A DNA stretch of 64,000 nt from Bugula neritina (GCA_964035545.1 OZ037765.1:15996995-16060994), one strand, 5' to 3'; positions 14,957 to 29,537 are shown, numbered from the stretch's first letter. A program made the numbers and translations. The notes: generated from the letters alone by a model not told the origin.

Positions 14957-17900
14957 TCACACAAACGTACTATCTTCAGAAAATGCCCCACACAGTCTAT
15001 ATTCATATCCATTCATTACACAACGCATGTACTGAGGGAGTTGCTGTGAATATGGTGTGGGACGAGGAGCTACAGTCCGTAATATATATTCTTTTGCTAC
15101 TGGCTTAGGAAACACAGCGCTGCCCATGTCAGATTTGTCTTTTGAAGAGCTATATGGATTATGGTGGCCAGACTGCATGTGCTAAAATATAAAACAATAT
15201 GGAAATACTTTTACTTTTTTCTCAAAATATTTTTGACTGAACAACTACGAGCTAATGAAAAAATCAACAAAAAACATAACTTTGTACATCGTTAGCAAAT
15301 ATTTAATACGCCAGCAGCTGGTAACAGCCAATAAAACTTTCAACTTGCACAAAAGAGGTATAGTCTTAGTAAGATGTCTTAGAGGTATACTACCTTTTGA
15401 AACAAGTTTCTGAGAGCTTTGCCGATCGGACCTCTAGCTCCACCCACAACCTTAACCTCCTCCTGAGTGAGCAGACTGAGTACAAACTCCCTGACATCTT
15501 CGCTATCCTCCCTTGCTTCATCACAACCAAACTTGAAGAAGAGAGATTTAGCTCTGGAAATGACTAGCTCAGCAGAGTGCATGCTGTGTATACAATCAAT
15601 ATATGCTCCAGCATTCTGTGACGAGTTTCTGGTCACTCTCTCCAGTTGGGATATCAAAGTCTTTATAGAAGGTGCAAGTGATGGCACCAAATCCTCACCT
15701 GCAGTAGGAGCAAACTGACCTTGACATCTTTCACTGCCTTCAAATTTTTTAGCACAATATTTTATTAAAACTTTCTCACAAATTTTTAGTTACTCAATTT
15801 TTTTTAAACAACCAATAGCTTATCAAATAAAAAGAATGTTTTCAAATTTGATAGCAGGAAACTCTTTTTCGAAGATTAAGTCAGAATAAATGATGCATGC
15901 AATGTTGCCAAGCTGTAATATTGTCAGCTAAAATAAAGTCAAATTGACTTGAGTACTTGTTGATTCAAGTAGTTGAAATCCTTTGACTCCAAATAACTTG
16001 TTGAAAATGACTGATTGCAACATTTTAAAATTTACTTGAGAAATATTGTAATGGCCATAGAACATGTTATGTTAACCCCCTTCCATTGGGTACATATAGA
16101 ACCACGTCCATGCCCAAGCTCAAATGTATTATAGTTATAAATGTATTATGACATTTCTTCGTTACGCGTGAGCTAACTCTGTGAAATGCCGTACTCTCTG
16201 TGGATAGTGGCGCAGGGTACCTCAACAGACCATCATGGTCCCCACCGCCAGAACCTACCGACCAATCAAAGCCCAACCTGCCCTTAAAAGGAGTACCTTC
16301 CAGGCGCCCAGACTCACTTCGCTCTTGGACTTAGTACAAAGCTCACTCGTATATCAATCTCTATGTCATGTTACTTTTTATCTTGATATAGTTTCCTTTC
16401 TTTATAATTACTGTTTCAAATATATGGGTTCTACTACAACGATACTCGGTTCTCTTTCTCTCAAACCTAATCATAAGAGCTATGTTCTAGCATTGCAAAC
16501 ACACACACTCATAACCCACATTGTAGTAGCTCAAAAAAATACAACAATATTAAATTAAATATTTAGTAATTCGATACAATTTAATTTAAATATACTTGAA
16601 AGCAAACTTGTCTTAATATTTATATTTCTAATATAATAAATATAAGACAGCTAAATATAAATAATTATTTATTTAAATACTTATAAATTAAAAAAGATTG
16701 ATGAGTGATTTATTTAAAAAATTTAGTTGACTTACTAATTGATGTAATATTTTAATTTAAATTATGACTTCATCAATTAAGCATACATACCTTGTTTCTT
16801 GATTTGGCCAATAGCAGACTGGCATGCCATTGGCAGCAAATGTAGAGCCACTTGCGCTGGTGTCAAGTTCGCCAACAAATGCAGCACCTACAATAAATTG
16901 CATAAAAAATAATGAAGAGCCTTAGTAACTTAATACACGTTGCACTAAGAGAGAACAACTGCTGGGGTATCTTCACTAAGACTAAAGTTACACTTCAATC
17001 TTAAAAAATAGGTTTTTTAAAAATATAGTCAACACTGAAGTGAACAATTTTCATTCATTTGCGTAAACTAAACTAAAAACTATTACCTTTTCTGCCTCTT
17101 TTGTATCATTAAATAATCTCTTCTGTCTTTTAGCTGGGATGGGCTTAGCATTAGACCACGCCTCTTGCCACATGTTGCCAGGTACTAGCATTCTTTTACT
17201 CAAGCAACCTGAACAATTCACCATGATATGTAGCAATGAGAGTATAAGCTGGCTAAAATAAATTAAGTTGATAAATTTATGCTATAACAAATTTTTCATT
17301 AGAAAACAAACCTTTTTCAACAGTATTTCCAGTGTCCTTTTCAATTACTGATTCCTCAATAAAATCACGTGGCGAATACCATCTTACGAAATCTTCGAGA
17401 ATACACCCAGGGTTTGCTGCCTAAAAACCATTCTTACTATTGCAACAATTCAAAGGTGTGGCACTCATTGTCTTGAATACAAAATTAAAACTTGCTGGCA
17501 TTAGTAAATAAAAATGTTTATGAAAATGCAGTAGTAGTAATGACGACAGTCGTAGTGTCATATTTTCAGCCTACTAAAATTAAGTTATGGGTCATTTTAC
17601 TTAATTTAGTACACCCTGGAAATCTCTAGTTTTTAGTTATTTTTTACAATTTAGCTGCTAATGAACATGGGGTTTTTTTCCAAAACTAGTAGAATATTAT
17701 TAAATACACCTAAATGATCAAGGTTCTTTTTAATTTTGTTTGATTTCCCATGTTTTTTCTTATTTATTTAGCTAATTTTGATTGTGGACCGTTACGGGTT
17801 TTTCGTAACGGTCTGTAATGAAAATTGGCTAAATGAATAGGAAAAAACATGTGAAATAAAGCAAAATTAAAAAGAACCTTGATCATTTAGGTGTATTTAA

Positions 17901-20900
17901 TAATATTCTACTAGTTTTGGAAAAAACCCCATGTTCATTAGCAGCTAAATTGTGAAAAATAGCTAAGAACTGGAGATTTCCAGTGTGTACTAAATTAAGT
18001 AAAGTGGCCCTTATGCAAGTCAAAGTATATTTCAATACATTTCAAGCATTTCAGAGACGAGTACCTTAAATGATTCCATATCTGATACGAGACTTGCACT
18101 CTGCAACCTCGCCCTGAGACTGCTTCCACTTGACGAGGTCCCAAGTCTACAGTATTTCAACACATCTGTACTATTAACTATGTAGAATGTGTTATTACTA
18201 TTGCCAAAATTGACAGGTGTCGTTATTTAACAAGTTCAACTATGTTAATTATTGGCAAAATTTAAATGAAAAATAATACATTCAAGTATTAGGACAGTGA
18301 AAAGCTGCAAATTGCTCAGTCAAATGAATGACATGAATATTATTTCTAAAAGTGAGAGAACCTTGTTCATCCCATTATGTAATAAATGCGAATACCTAGT
18401 CAGCATGTCAGCGTGTTCTTCTAGCATATCTTCAGTCATAGGAGAAGGTTCTTGAGTCAGAGGAACATATATAAACTCATCTGAATTCATTAGTTTCTGT
18501 TCTCCTAGTAAACATAATCGACCTTGAGGCTGTAGTGTTATACCCCCGTCAGATGATGCAGTGGGAGCAGGACTATTGTCTTCAATGCTGTCAGCTTCAC
18601 AGTCAAAAAACTCCTCGTTGTCATCCTCATCAGCAGCTCCATCTACCTCAGCACACTCCACACTCTCAGTCTCATGAGATAGGACTCCCTCTCCTTCAGC
18701 ACTTGTCTCAGGCTTGCCAGTTGTATCATCCGTGGATGACTGAGTTGACACATTTTGGTCTCTCGCTATTTTCTTTTCAATACAACAGTTGAGCATTTGC
18801 AGTTTCTGGTATAGAATGCCCTGAGATAAGTTGGGTAGACCTTTCTCAAGTCTGCAACATAATCAGATAGAAAATTTACCAACAAACTGTACACTTGCCT
18901 TTGTCTATGTTTTGATGGCAATCTTCACACACTCTATAACTTGATGGTACTGAAAACTGAAGCATGCAGCAAGTTGTGAAGTTGAAAGATATCAATATTG
19001 TTTATGCTAAACAGTTTGATAAATGACACAATAAATGCTAAATTCACATGATAAACACTTGCATTGAACATTGGAGATAACGCTACTGTGGGAAAAGTAG
19101 AAACAAATTTTGTGTTTGTGTTAGGATAGAATTCCCTTGATAGCTAAAATCTCATGATTGTTGTGAAAAAACAACAATGTACTCAAGTGAAAAACAAAAC
19201 AATTCTTACATCTACTCACCCTGGTAAAAGTATAGAGTTGTCCAGCCTATACCTCATTTCTAGCACAAATTCATGCCACAGATGGGCCACTGCCTTCAGG
19301 CCACCATAGGAATGGTTAACAAGACAGCAGGCTACAGCTAGGTTGTATAGAGGACTGTGTACGGGTGCAGTCTTGTAAAACTTGAATACCTCCTGTCGAA
19401 ATGTATTGAATGCACATGTTACTAACTGAAAATAGTATGTCCCTTTACTTCAACCAAGTGAAACTTGGCTGACTGCTTGTAGTTTTAAATTTCTATAAGC
19501 ATCCAATACTTTCTAGAAAATATAATCCAAAATACTTATAAAATGCTGCAATCGTAATTATTTACTTTCAAGTTTTCTGTATCTTCTGACAAGATTTCAT
19601 CAACTTCACCTTGCTCACCACTGGCATCAGGAAACACGTGCTGCAAACAAATCACATGGCTGATGTCACACCACCTAAATAGTATAACACTCAACAAGAC
19701 TTCTAATGTTCACTAAAAACTAATTACACTGTAGGCTACAGCCTAAAAGTAAACTAGATAATTCTTTGATAAGGAGAGTATAGATTTTGGTTTTGACGGT
19801 GCTGTTGATGAGTGGTTATAATCATATAGTGATATGCACGCATATATATATCCACCAACATTAGGATTATTAGAATTTAGTGAGGCAAACCATCTCTTTG
19901 ATGGAAAATTGGTCAAATTAAAGAATAAAAGCTGAGAACTTTTAATAAATCAAAAAAATAGGAAAATAACAATTTTAAAACAATTACCACAAATTCAATT
20001 GGTCTATGCGTACTAATCAACAATATACATGTATGACTTTTGTTACTACAGTCCCTAGTAAACTCACAAAAAGGGAACGACAAAGAAAGCATTATAAAAA
20101 AGGTGTCATCTCAAAAGTGATTTTAGTTGAAACCCTAAAGCTGCTACTTCAATCTACATTTGATTGAGTTACGTGTAACTGTTAGCATATAACAAACAAG
20201 GTATTAGATTAAGAGAAAACTACCAGCAGAATCTTGTTCAACAAGTCAAGAGGGATAGGGGAGTCTGTCTGTGGGTGACTACTAAGTCTGGATCTAGTGT
20301 TGGACACAACCCTGGAAACCCTTGACAATGAGGGCAGATTGTACTGAGTGTGCGGATCTGTTAGTTTTTCCAACGCATCGGCCAACTCTGCAAAAATGGT
20401 ATAGCTACTGCTATATTCAAGTGAAAACTCAAAAGTTCTAATTAGTCTCAGTTGATGGAATGTATGTGCTGTTGTAAAACAGACCAATAATTTGCATGAT
20501 GAGTTAAATATATGCCGGAAAAAATGTAAATAGCAAATTCAAACAACCTGAGTGGCTAAAGCTATAGTAAATGATTAATTACATTCTATTATGTAACCAC
20601 ACCAACAAGAGTAGTTTTTACTATTTATGCAGAGCACGAGGAGAAACCCCAATCAAGCATTAACAAATGCTCACTCAATTCTTTAATAACAACTCAAGAA
20701 AAATAAGACCAAGTTAAAGCTTTTATCTAAACATTTTAAATAAGCAAAACAATTTTCTTATTATTTGCATAATGGTAAACATTAATTATACCTTACAAGG
20801 ATATATACATATTGAAAATCTTTTTGTTTGAAAATGCAAGTTTTAAAACTTGAAACACTTTATAGTCAAAAATTATTCAACATGGTCTTTAAACTTTCTG

Positions 20901-23900
20901 TTTCTTTGTCTTTTGCCATCTCTATAAAACTATTAAAAAGCCTTATTCCTTGTATCATCCCCAAAGATACGACTCTACGCACAAGCTTAATAGCCTTCAA
21001 CATGGCTGTTATGGGTGGAGACAAACAAATGAAATATCAAAGAGAAATAGACGACAAATATCTTACCATTGTCATTTTTCTCATCTTTCGTTCCAACAGC
21101 CTGGCCAAATGACTCTTTACTATCACACAGACTTGCAAACTTAAGCAGGCACTGAGCTACAACACACATTCAATGAATAGTCTAAAACATGTATAATACA
21201 TGGCACTTATACTATGATTTGGTATATAGGAAAGGTTTTATGTTTCAACAACTACTACAAGTAATTTTGGAATGGCTTTGTGAATGGTGCCATACTACAA
21301 TAAATTCTCAAGGTAGTTGGCCCAGCTAACTATGATCTTACGTCAGACTATACTTCCATGCAATTTTTCCATTTCTATTATTAATAGAAACCATTTCAAA
21401 TGTATTTTGTGATATAAGAAACATTGGTAGACATTTACTACAAAGCATTGACAAGTGAAATGAACAATTTATTGCAAACACTTTGATCAACAATGCCAAC
21501 TTATATTACTATTATAAACATTCCAAACAACCATAGAAAAAGTATTGACAGCAACGTTACAGTAACAACAAAAATAAATTAAGCTTATTTTATCTTTAGG
21601 GATTACTTTTTTATAGATAGAATACTTGGATTAATAATTCTTGTAAAATCATAGTAACTGCTTAATAAAAATGTAGTAATTTATTTCAGTTATCGTTGTA
21701 CTAAAAAGTTGGTCATGCAAGAATTCAGTTGAACTTTTACCATACACAAGTAAAACGACTTACTAAGCAGTCCTTGCACCTCCTTTGCCATCGTCACCTG
21801 TGTAGTCCATATTGGGGCAGACAATGGCTCCAGATCACTAAAATATAAATTTTATACATAATAATAATCAATCCGAGAAAATGATATATTTTCTAGCAAT
21901 GATAATTAAACAGCAAAATAACACAAATTCTTTACGATTTCATAGAGTTTTAAAGCAAAAAAAATTGGACTAATTCATTATTAGTTTTCACTTTCACACA
22001 AAGGATGTGTAGATCTAAAAGGCATCAGGTCGGGCTCAGTGTGTACAACATGAATCAGCCAATAAATGCATAAAGTTTCCCAACTCCGCTGTGACAACAT
22101 GATCATAACTGGCATTATTGTAGATTATACACACCTGTTTGCGCTGTTGTCACTGAGCACATCTTCAGACATATTTAGCCACATGGCATACAGACTGAGA
22201 TTCTCTATACAGTCCTCATAAGTACCAAATGGAAGGCAATTGGGTCCTGTTAAGCTTAAACCAGTTGATTTAGCACCATCTTCCAGAAAGCCTACAGCAT
22301 ACAGATTTAGATGAGAAATGGCCTGCATACAATACACACAGTGAAGCTACACATTATTCATTTCAACTACATATATCTAAAAGGGAAAACACAGTCTGTT
22401 GCTTCTACTCATTTTTAAAATTATAAATCAACTGTCAGCAAGTGTTTTGCATATTGTTTCTTTGCTGGTACATCAAGCAAATGACAAAATTTGAGGACAA
22501 AAATGGCTGATTTAAAAGTTTCAGAGCATTTTGGCTCAACTTGGATACTGCCACTTTTCAAGGATAATTTTGAGCCCTCGCATCAAATTTCTGGTATACA
22601 AAGTAGAAACACTAGTGTTTGTCTTTCTGTCTGCATGGGAAGTAAGCACTGGTGCATCATGTTAAAAAAACAGATTTAAGACATTTATAATATTTAAAAT
22701 GACCCAAAAATATTTTTCCAATACAATAAAATTAGGTCACTTATTATTGCATGGATTGTTTCAACATTTATTTCTGAACTAATGTGACACAAGCTCAGTT
22801 GATATTCAACATGTTACACATTGTTGTAAGTTGTAACAGCTCTTATAGTTTACCAACTGTCAGCGACGGAGTTATTTAACACACTGCTGTTGATAAGTAG
22901 CTCCCTTCGCAAATAAAGTAAAACAATATAACATGTGCCATTTTCATTTTGTATACAGTCACTATGCAATTAATGACACATCCAAAAAGTTTCTCTATGA
23001 ACTTCTCTAACCAAATCAGAATATAATTCTTACCAGCTTGCTCTGAAGGCCAACTCCACAAATTTCTTTCCAAGTCTTGCAACACACAAGTTAAACGAAC
23101 TGACACAACTGCTTTGGTTTGAATATCCATCTGCATATTCTAACAAAACAATGCAACAGCAACATCAAAACACTTTATTTGATGTAATAATTCAGACTAC
23201 ATTCAAAACCGCAAATTACTATTTCATCAATGTAAACAAACTATGCACATTTCAATGATTGCAAAAACTATATATAAGTCATAACACAAGCATAAAAGGT
23301 TGTGAGCTTTAAAATTTCAAAAAATCGACAAAATAAATTTGTTTACCAAAAGCTATCAAAAAGACATACTCCTAAATGTCAAATTATTGACAAACTTGTT
23401 TATACTGAAGAACCTGGAGTTATAATCACTATTCTTTAAATCTGAACTACTTACCAACTTCTGTTTAAACACATCTAAAAGACCACAAAGATTCTTAAAC
23501 TTTTCAGGTACTCTGTTTAAGTGAACCATTTGAAAAGAAGTGGTTGAGTTTGGAGACCACAAACAACCAGTGTAGAACTTTCTGGAAGGCTCCAATGATT
23601 GCACAAATAGTGGAACAACACTATAACATCAATACACCAGATTATGAAGATAACAAAGTGAAAACACAACTAGAGGCAGGTATAATTAACACATATAAAT
23701 AATTATATTAAAGTTTACAAGCAAAATTGGTAACCATTTCCAAACACAACATAGATGAAAAATAAAAATATATACAAACAATTCTCATGCGAAAAATATT
23801 ATAGACCAGAAATATGATTGCGTTGAATATATTTTCAATGAGTTAATAAATATACACACCATGATGTAGTTTGACTAGCCACAGCAATTGCACTGACGAG

Positions 23901-26900
23901 CATGTTGATTCTACTTTCATCTGATATTGAATATGATTTGGGATAAATCACAACAAAGCTTGCTAGGCCATACCACCTGCAGAGACAGTGTACTTTAGAA
24001 GGGAATTCTTGCTTATTATGATGCAGCTCTTTCAATGCAGGTGCCCAGAGGCCTAAAATAATGATAGTTAAATTTTTGAAAACTAATTTGTCTGCAACTT
24101 CTTTGCTAGTAAATGTTACTAAATGAATGCAGTAGCTAAGAAACAATGCATGTTTATCATATTAAGACATTAAAAGATACACAGAAAAACATTAAACGCA
24201 ACTATAAAAGTATTTTAAACAGAACTTAACAATTACCAAGGAACTCATACATGAAATATAAACTGACGCATGATATATTTTAGTTTTGCTGTGATAGAAA
24301 TATAAAGAGAAGGAAAATATTAATTGAAATTTTATTTCAAACTGGTAATGAAATGACTAAATGTATTGTGTCAGTGAACACACAGTAAGATACGTTTTGC
24401 ATGTACCTGTTCAATTGCAATTATTACACAGCAGAATTGTCCAACAATCCATAAACAGATTATTCTAATAAAATAATTTCAGTATTGGTACCTTCTTTGG
24501 ATGATGAAGGTTCCGAACTGATTTGTAGAGCTGGGGTGTTCGTATTCTCAGAAGTTGATTGCAAATTTTCTCCTTTAATGCAATAAAAAGTTATCCCAAA
24601 GGGAAAATTAGCAAATGTAATTTCATCTGTTAGCTCCTGCCATTTAGCTGTGTTAAAATCCAAGCCCTGCAAAAATTCAAACAAAATATTAATATCAAGA
24701 TCCATGAATATATGATCTTTAACCTGAATGCTTAGAGCTTAGAAACAACATCAATTAGAATTTCTAAATCACTGAAAGGTTGTGAAAACTTGCTACCAAT
24801 AAAATACCATTACAATCTAAAAAGAAATTTTTAAATGTAGTTTTGAAACTTTTCATATAATAATTTAGGGATACCAACAAAAAAAACTCAAAATTAACAA
24901 TTGAGTTAAACATGTGCCACATATATATGAAGAGAGGGGTGCGTCATTGAAAAAGAAGAATTAGGGCTGTTCCTTAAGCCTAGAGTGCCATTGACTGCCG
25001 TTTAGTACACTAACTTTAATACTAATTTTCATTTCATTATAGTAAACTAGATTGTATAACTTTCAGATATAAAAAAAGTGGAATGTATTGGTAAGCAATT
25101 AGAAATTATTATTTAGGAGTATGTCTAACAAAATATTGTGCAGAAACATACAGTAATGAAACAGATAGACCATACAATTCCATGTTTATTAAAGACCAGA
25201 ACACATCTATGTCAGGCAAAATACCTTTGCTTGCTTAATTATTATACTAGTTATCTAGGCGAGCCAACTCTCTGCTGAAACATTAGTTAGAGATGTGCTG
25301 CACATTACCGTGAATAAACGTTTTTATTGGTCTGTTTCTGCAAGAGGAACTTTTACTATCTCCCATTAATTTGAAAAACTAATGTTACATTTGAAATATG
25401 ACAAACAATATGATGCATTCAAACATCTTGCCAGAACAGTTCAAATAAACTATACGTATAAATAACCATTGTAAGTGATGACAAAAGAAAGACTGCACTA
25501 GAATATGATAATATGTCGTTAGTAACAGTTTAGAAAAACACAAGGTATCCTGCTTCTGGCATACTGTATATATGCTAATTCTCTCCAAACTGATTCCAAG
25601 TCTAGTTGACTTGCTGACTATTGTACTTGAAATTCCTTGATTAAACTACTTTATTAAAATTATTGATGTAATTTGCTCAAGTGATTGGCTTGACTAGAAA
25701 TTTTGATTGGCTTATTGTAAATCTTTGAAATTTGAACAAGTCAATATCCCAAATTACTTAATTGTTCAAATCAATATGTTAAATCACAACGAAAATTATT
25801 ATTTTAAAACTAATTACAATTTAATGCTACTAGAGATATTGGATGGCTTTGCAAATATTTCATATTATATTTAAACCATTTTTAATTGTATTAACCTCAA
25901 CTTTAAAGTAGTTAGACCTAAAGCTTCATTCTTTTTACTTAAATTACCAAACTTGAATTAGAAAAATATTTAATTACAAAATGCACATTTTTTGGTGCCA
26001 ATACATCATTGCAACCAATAACACTGTAGTATTACTTAACCTAATTTTTAACAAAACAAATGAAATGTTTCACAAAATGTGGAAAGTTATATTAAATACT
26101 ATGCAAGCTACCGACCAGCATCACTGGTTAAGAAAATTACGATGGTTGGGTAGCATAGTTTTGATAAACTAATAAATACATGAAAACCTAGACAAGTATA
26201 CTTTTGTGTAGGAATATCTTGAATTAGTGGTCAACTTCCATTCATGAATTACTTCTTCCAACTGTGCCACAAATCTGTAAAAGCAAATACAGAAGTTGGG
26301 TAATAGCAAGTCCAATCACATGCTAATTAAATTCAGTAGATAATCGATTCAAGTTGTTGAGAGTAAATTAGATTTGACTTACAAGCAATTGATCAAGATA
26401 TCTAAGTTTATTCAAAAGATCACATGAAAAAATAGAAATAGGTGGCAGTTACATGCAACGGGTAGCTTAAATAAAAGAAATTGGTAAGCCAACTGTATAC
26501 ACACACGCACGCACGCGCACACTCGCACACACACACACACACACATATATTTGAAACAAATACTAAATCAATGAATTTATTGTAAACACTGTAATATTGC
26601 CTTGAGAATAGGAACCAAATCAACTTGGACCCAGTGTGCAAAAGTAGGCCAGTAACTTGCTTACCTTTCAAACTCTGAAGCTGTTGTAAAGTCAGTTATC
26701 TCAAAGATGTCTGTACCATCCTACAAAAGCTCTTGAATTACAGGAAATCAAGTTATTATATAAGGTTTTTAATGTCAGTCACACTTATAAAACTTGAATC
26801 ATGTGCAAACAATTAGAAGTTATAAGCTACAGTGTGAAAAGTATTTAAAGTAAAGTATTAAAGCTTCAGCTAAGTTTTGTCAGATTGATTGACTATTTAT

Positions 26901-27193
26901 CCTGGAATCAATGCTGTTGCAAACACTAAGGCCTAATGTTTTTGAAAAAAATGAAAGATGTGGAATTCATCAGCAGTCTACCATACATGTTAAATGAAAC
27001 TAAATTGTTTTTAGTGAGATTCAGACAAGCACCTGCAAACACAAATTTCTTAATAAAAAGCAATAAGCATACATTATTATGTAGCAGCATTAATAATTGA
27101 AAACATAATAAAGCATGTAATTGCAAAATTGCATGAAATGCTAATGACTATACATGCAGGCTGTGTCGAAGAAATTACCTCTGATTCAGACAT
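14957..27193 (-). CDS. RAB3GAP1: Rab3 GTPase-activating protein catalytic subunit (~970 aa, 20 coding exons)
   Basis: Exons 27193-27179, 26720-26665, 26274-26202, 24666-24492, 24052-23860, 23620-23455, 23139-23034, 22291-22135, 21837-21764, 21156-21067, 20387-20224, 19640-19566, 19392-19220, 18851-18396, 18146-18065, 17420-17312, 17208-17087, 16887-16791, 15698-15394, 15181-14957. All are GT-AG and phase-consistent (2913 nt). Family motifs: FEITDFTTASEFERFVAQLEEVIHEW, RWYGL, LYQKLQMLNCCIEKK, TQEPSPMTEDMLEE, SDMESFKAANPGCILEDFVRWYSPRD, RQKRLFNDTKEAEKVLH, KEYILRT...RLCGAFSED. Confidence 0.95.
16065..16546. mobile_element. Possible solo LTR-like insertion in a RAB3GAP1 intron
   Basis: GC/CpG-richer ~480-bp island starting TGTTA and ending ACAACA, with CCAAT followed by a TTAAAA box. 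No clean TSD was found. Confidence 0.3.
17589..18010. mobile_element. Palindromic MITE (copy 1), GGG...CCC termini, 4-bp TSD TTAT; Sola2-like
   Basis: The 422-bp element is almost entirely an imperfect inverted repeat (gggtcattttacttaatttagtacac ... gtgtactaaattaagtaaagtggccc). TTAT flanks it at 17585-17588 and 18011-18014. A second copy lies at 60630-61039. Confidence 0.9.
26498..26545. repeat. (CA)n/(CGCA)n microsatellite
   Basis: Directly visible. Confidence 0.9.
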
Positions 27194-27708
27194 TGTTATT
27201 TTTCCTCAAGGGTTTGATGGGATATGTCTATTGCTGGTCACATGTCCACTTCACAGGCTGACATAAAACATATTAACAATCATTGGCTATAATTCTTCCA
27301 TTCTTAGTTTTAGCATATATTTTTATATTTAGACTTATTGCTATGCTCAGTTTTCAAAACATTTACACAGTAAATATTTATGGACAGCATGTGAAATACT
27401 AATGCTATTACATTTATAATGTGAATGCTGGAATACTTCAAATTGTAAAAACCTGTGAGCTCAAAACATAACTTGAAGATGAGAAGAAAAAATTTGGCTT
27501 TGTCCTCAGAAAAAAAACACCCAATTTCAATTTACTGTACAAAGATGGCATTCAAGAACTAGGAGTATCTGTGAATTTTCTAATGCAGCACAGAGAAAAG
27601 TAAGAGATATATGTTAATTCAAACCCATTTAAATGACACTTGTCAACAATCAAAATTACAAGTTCACTAAATTGTTTTAGTAGGAACTAGGATGTCCCCA
27701 CAATTTTG

Positions 27709-29537
27709 AATAGAATTTTTTCAGGAGTCCTTCTTAGGGCATTTATATTTTGAAGTTGTCTCCTCTCACCCAGGAACAGAAGAAACTCCATGAGGAGAGA
27801 AAGCACATAAAATCAGCAGAAATTTAAGGTTTATGTGAAAATTATTGCCAGAATGAGTTTTTTTCTTTTCTGAGATGAATATTTTGGTAATGTCCTAAAG
27901 TTCAACATTTAAATTAAGTTTGTGAAGAAATATTTTTACAGTGTATTTCCAATGAATAGCTTGCAAGCTGATTTGTGGTTGTTATGATATGCCATTTTGC
28001 AGTGGTCCAATTAACAGTAGTGCACTGTAATTAACCTGGCACACTTTCATTGTATACATTACATAAAAAAATCATATAATGAGCTAGAAATCAGACAGAA
28101 ACCTTACACAGCATCTGATTTTCTAAAATAGATACTAACCAAACTGATTACTGCAACTTAGTGAAAAAGTGATCTGATTGCTTTCACAGAAGTTAAAACT
28201 TGGAATATTGAAGCCCTAAAAGATTTTTGCAGAAAAAGAGGTTACAAGAATACTGGTTCGAAGAATGAGCTTATTGCTCGGGTAGAATTTCTCTATAATA
28301 TTCAAATACCTGAAGAGCCTGGAGCAAAGCAGCAAGAAGCATCACAAAAAGTAGATTACAAAACTCTACACAATGCTGTAGTTCCAACTATTGATCTAGC
28401 TACGAGAGGCACACAGACAGGCACGCATACAGACACACAGACAGGCACAGGAGACAGGCACAGGAAAGAGGCACATGAGATAAGTATGGAGACAAAAAAT
28501 TGCCCATTTTTGGCCAATTTCGCCTACAAAGTTGATTTTTTAGTCCCGGCAAAATATCTCAGCAGGAAAACATAATAATTGAATAAAAAAATTACTGATT
28601 TAATCCTGAGAAATTTCTACATTGCAACTTTTTATCCTTCCAAAAACTTTTATAGATTTTTTATAAATTAGTAATTTATACACTGAAAATACGATATTAT
28701 TTGTAAGTAATCACCATTGTGCAGCACTTTGTGCTTTAGTGAACATGTAGAGATGAGAATATACTGATGGGTACATTACTAATAACAGACTTGCTAGCTG
28801 ACAGGCTAGTGAATAGCTTGGTGTGTACTTTATTTGTGGAGCAGCCATAATGGAGTACTGATAGATGATGCAACCCTAATTGAGGTAGCTGTTTATTTGA
28901 ATATTCCACTAAAATATTAGTGAAATACTGAGCAAACTGAACATACAACAAAGCTAGTTAAGCTTCTTTCAATAATCAAATTTATTTACCCTTGAGTTCA
29001 TAATGAACAGTACAAAGCTCTATTTTGGATTGTAATAACTTCTTTTTAATTATTTGTACACAGGTACGCAGTGCAAGCACAGTTAGGCATTGTTGTTTGA
29101 TACTATAACAACTGACCAAGTTTTCACAAAGTATAGGCAACTGGACTGCTGCCACATTACAGTGCAATCGAACTTTGAACTGTTTTGCTAATGTATACAA
29201 TGGAAGTGTACCAGGTTAATTGCAGTGCACTACTAGATGGGTATTTTGACCTAGTTAATTAGGCCACTGCAAAATGGCATACCACAACAATCACAAACTA
29301 GCTTACTAGTTATTCATTTTTTACAGACTTGATTTAAATGTTGAACTATAGGACATTGTCAAAATATTCAACTCAGAAAAGAAGAAACTCATGCTAGCAA
29401 TAGTCTTCACACAAACATTAAATTTCTACAGATTTTATGTGCTTTTTCTCCATCATGGAGGTTCTCTTGTTCATGGGTGGGAGGAGACAACTCCAAAATA
29501 TAAATGCCCTAAGAAGGACTCCTGAAAAAAATCTATT
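27709..29537. mobile_element. Long-TIR (foldback-type) non-autonomous DNA transposon, older copy; arms ~27709-28061 and ~29189-29537
   Basis: Diverged inverted arms (ttcaggagtccttcttagggcatttatatttt / aaaatataaatgccctaagaaggactcctgaa). Ends AATAG...CTATT. The terminal ~185 bp are homologous to the arms of the 55549-58000 element. Confidence 0.85.
28165..28575 (+). pseudogene. SAP-domain-containing reading-frame remnant inside the foldback element
   Basis: Stop-free frame with no start codon ahead of the motif, so it is missing from the ORF track: ...EVKTWNIEALKDFCRKRGYKNTGSKNELIARVEFL... This fits the SAP pattern L-K-x-x-(L/C)-x-x-R-G-L-x-x-x-G-x-K-x-E-L-(I/V)-x-R-L. Confidence 0.7.

Noticed and set aside
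26193-26201. Possible U12-type donor (GTATACTT) in RAB3GAP1
   Set aside because: It mismatches GTATCCTT, and no U12 branch site is evident near the acceptor at 24667.
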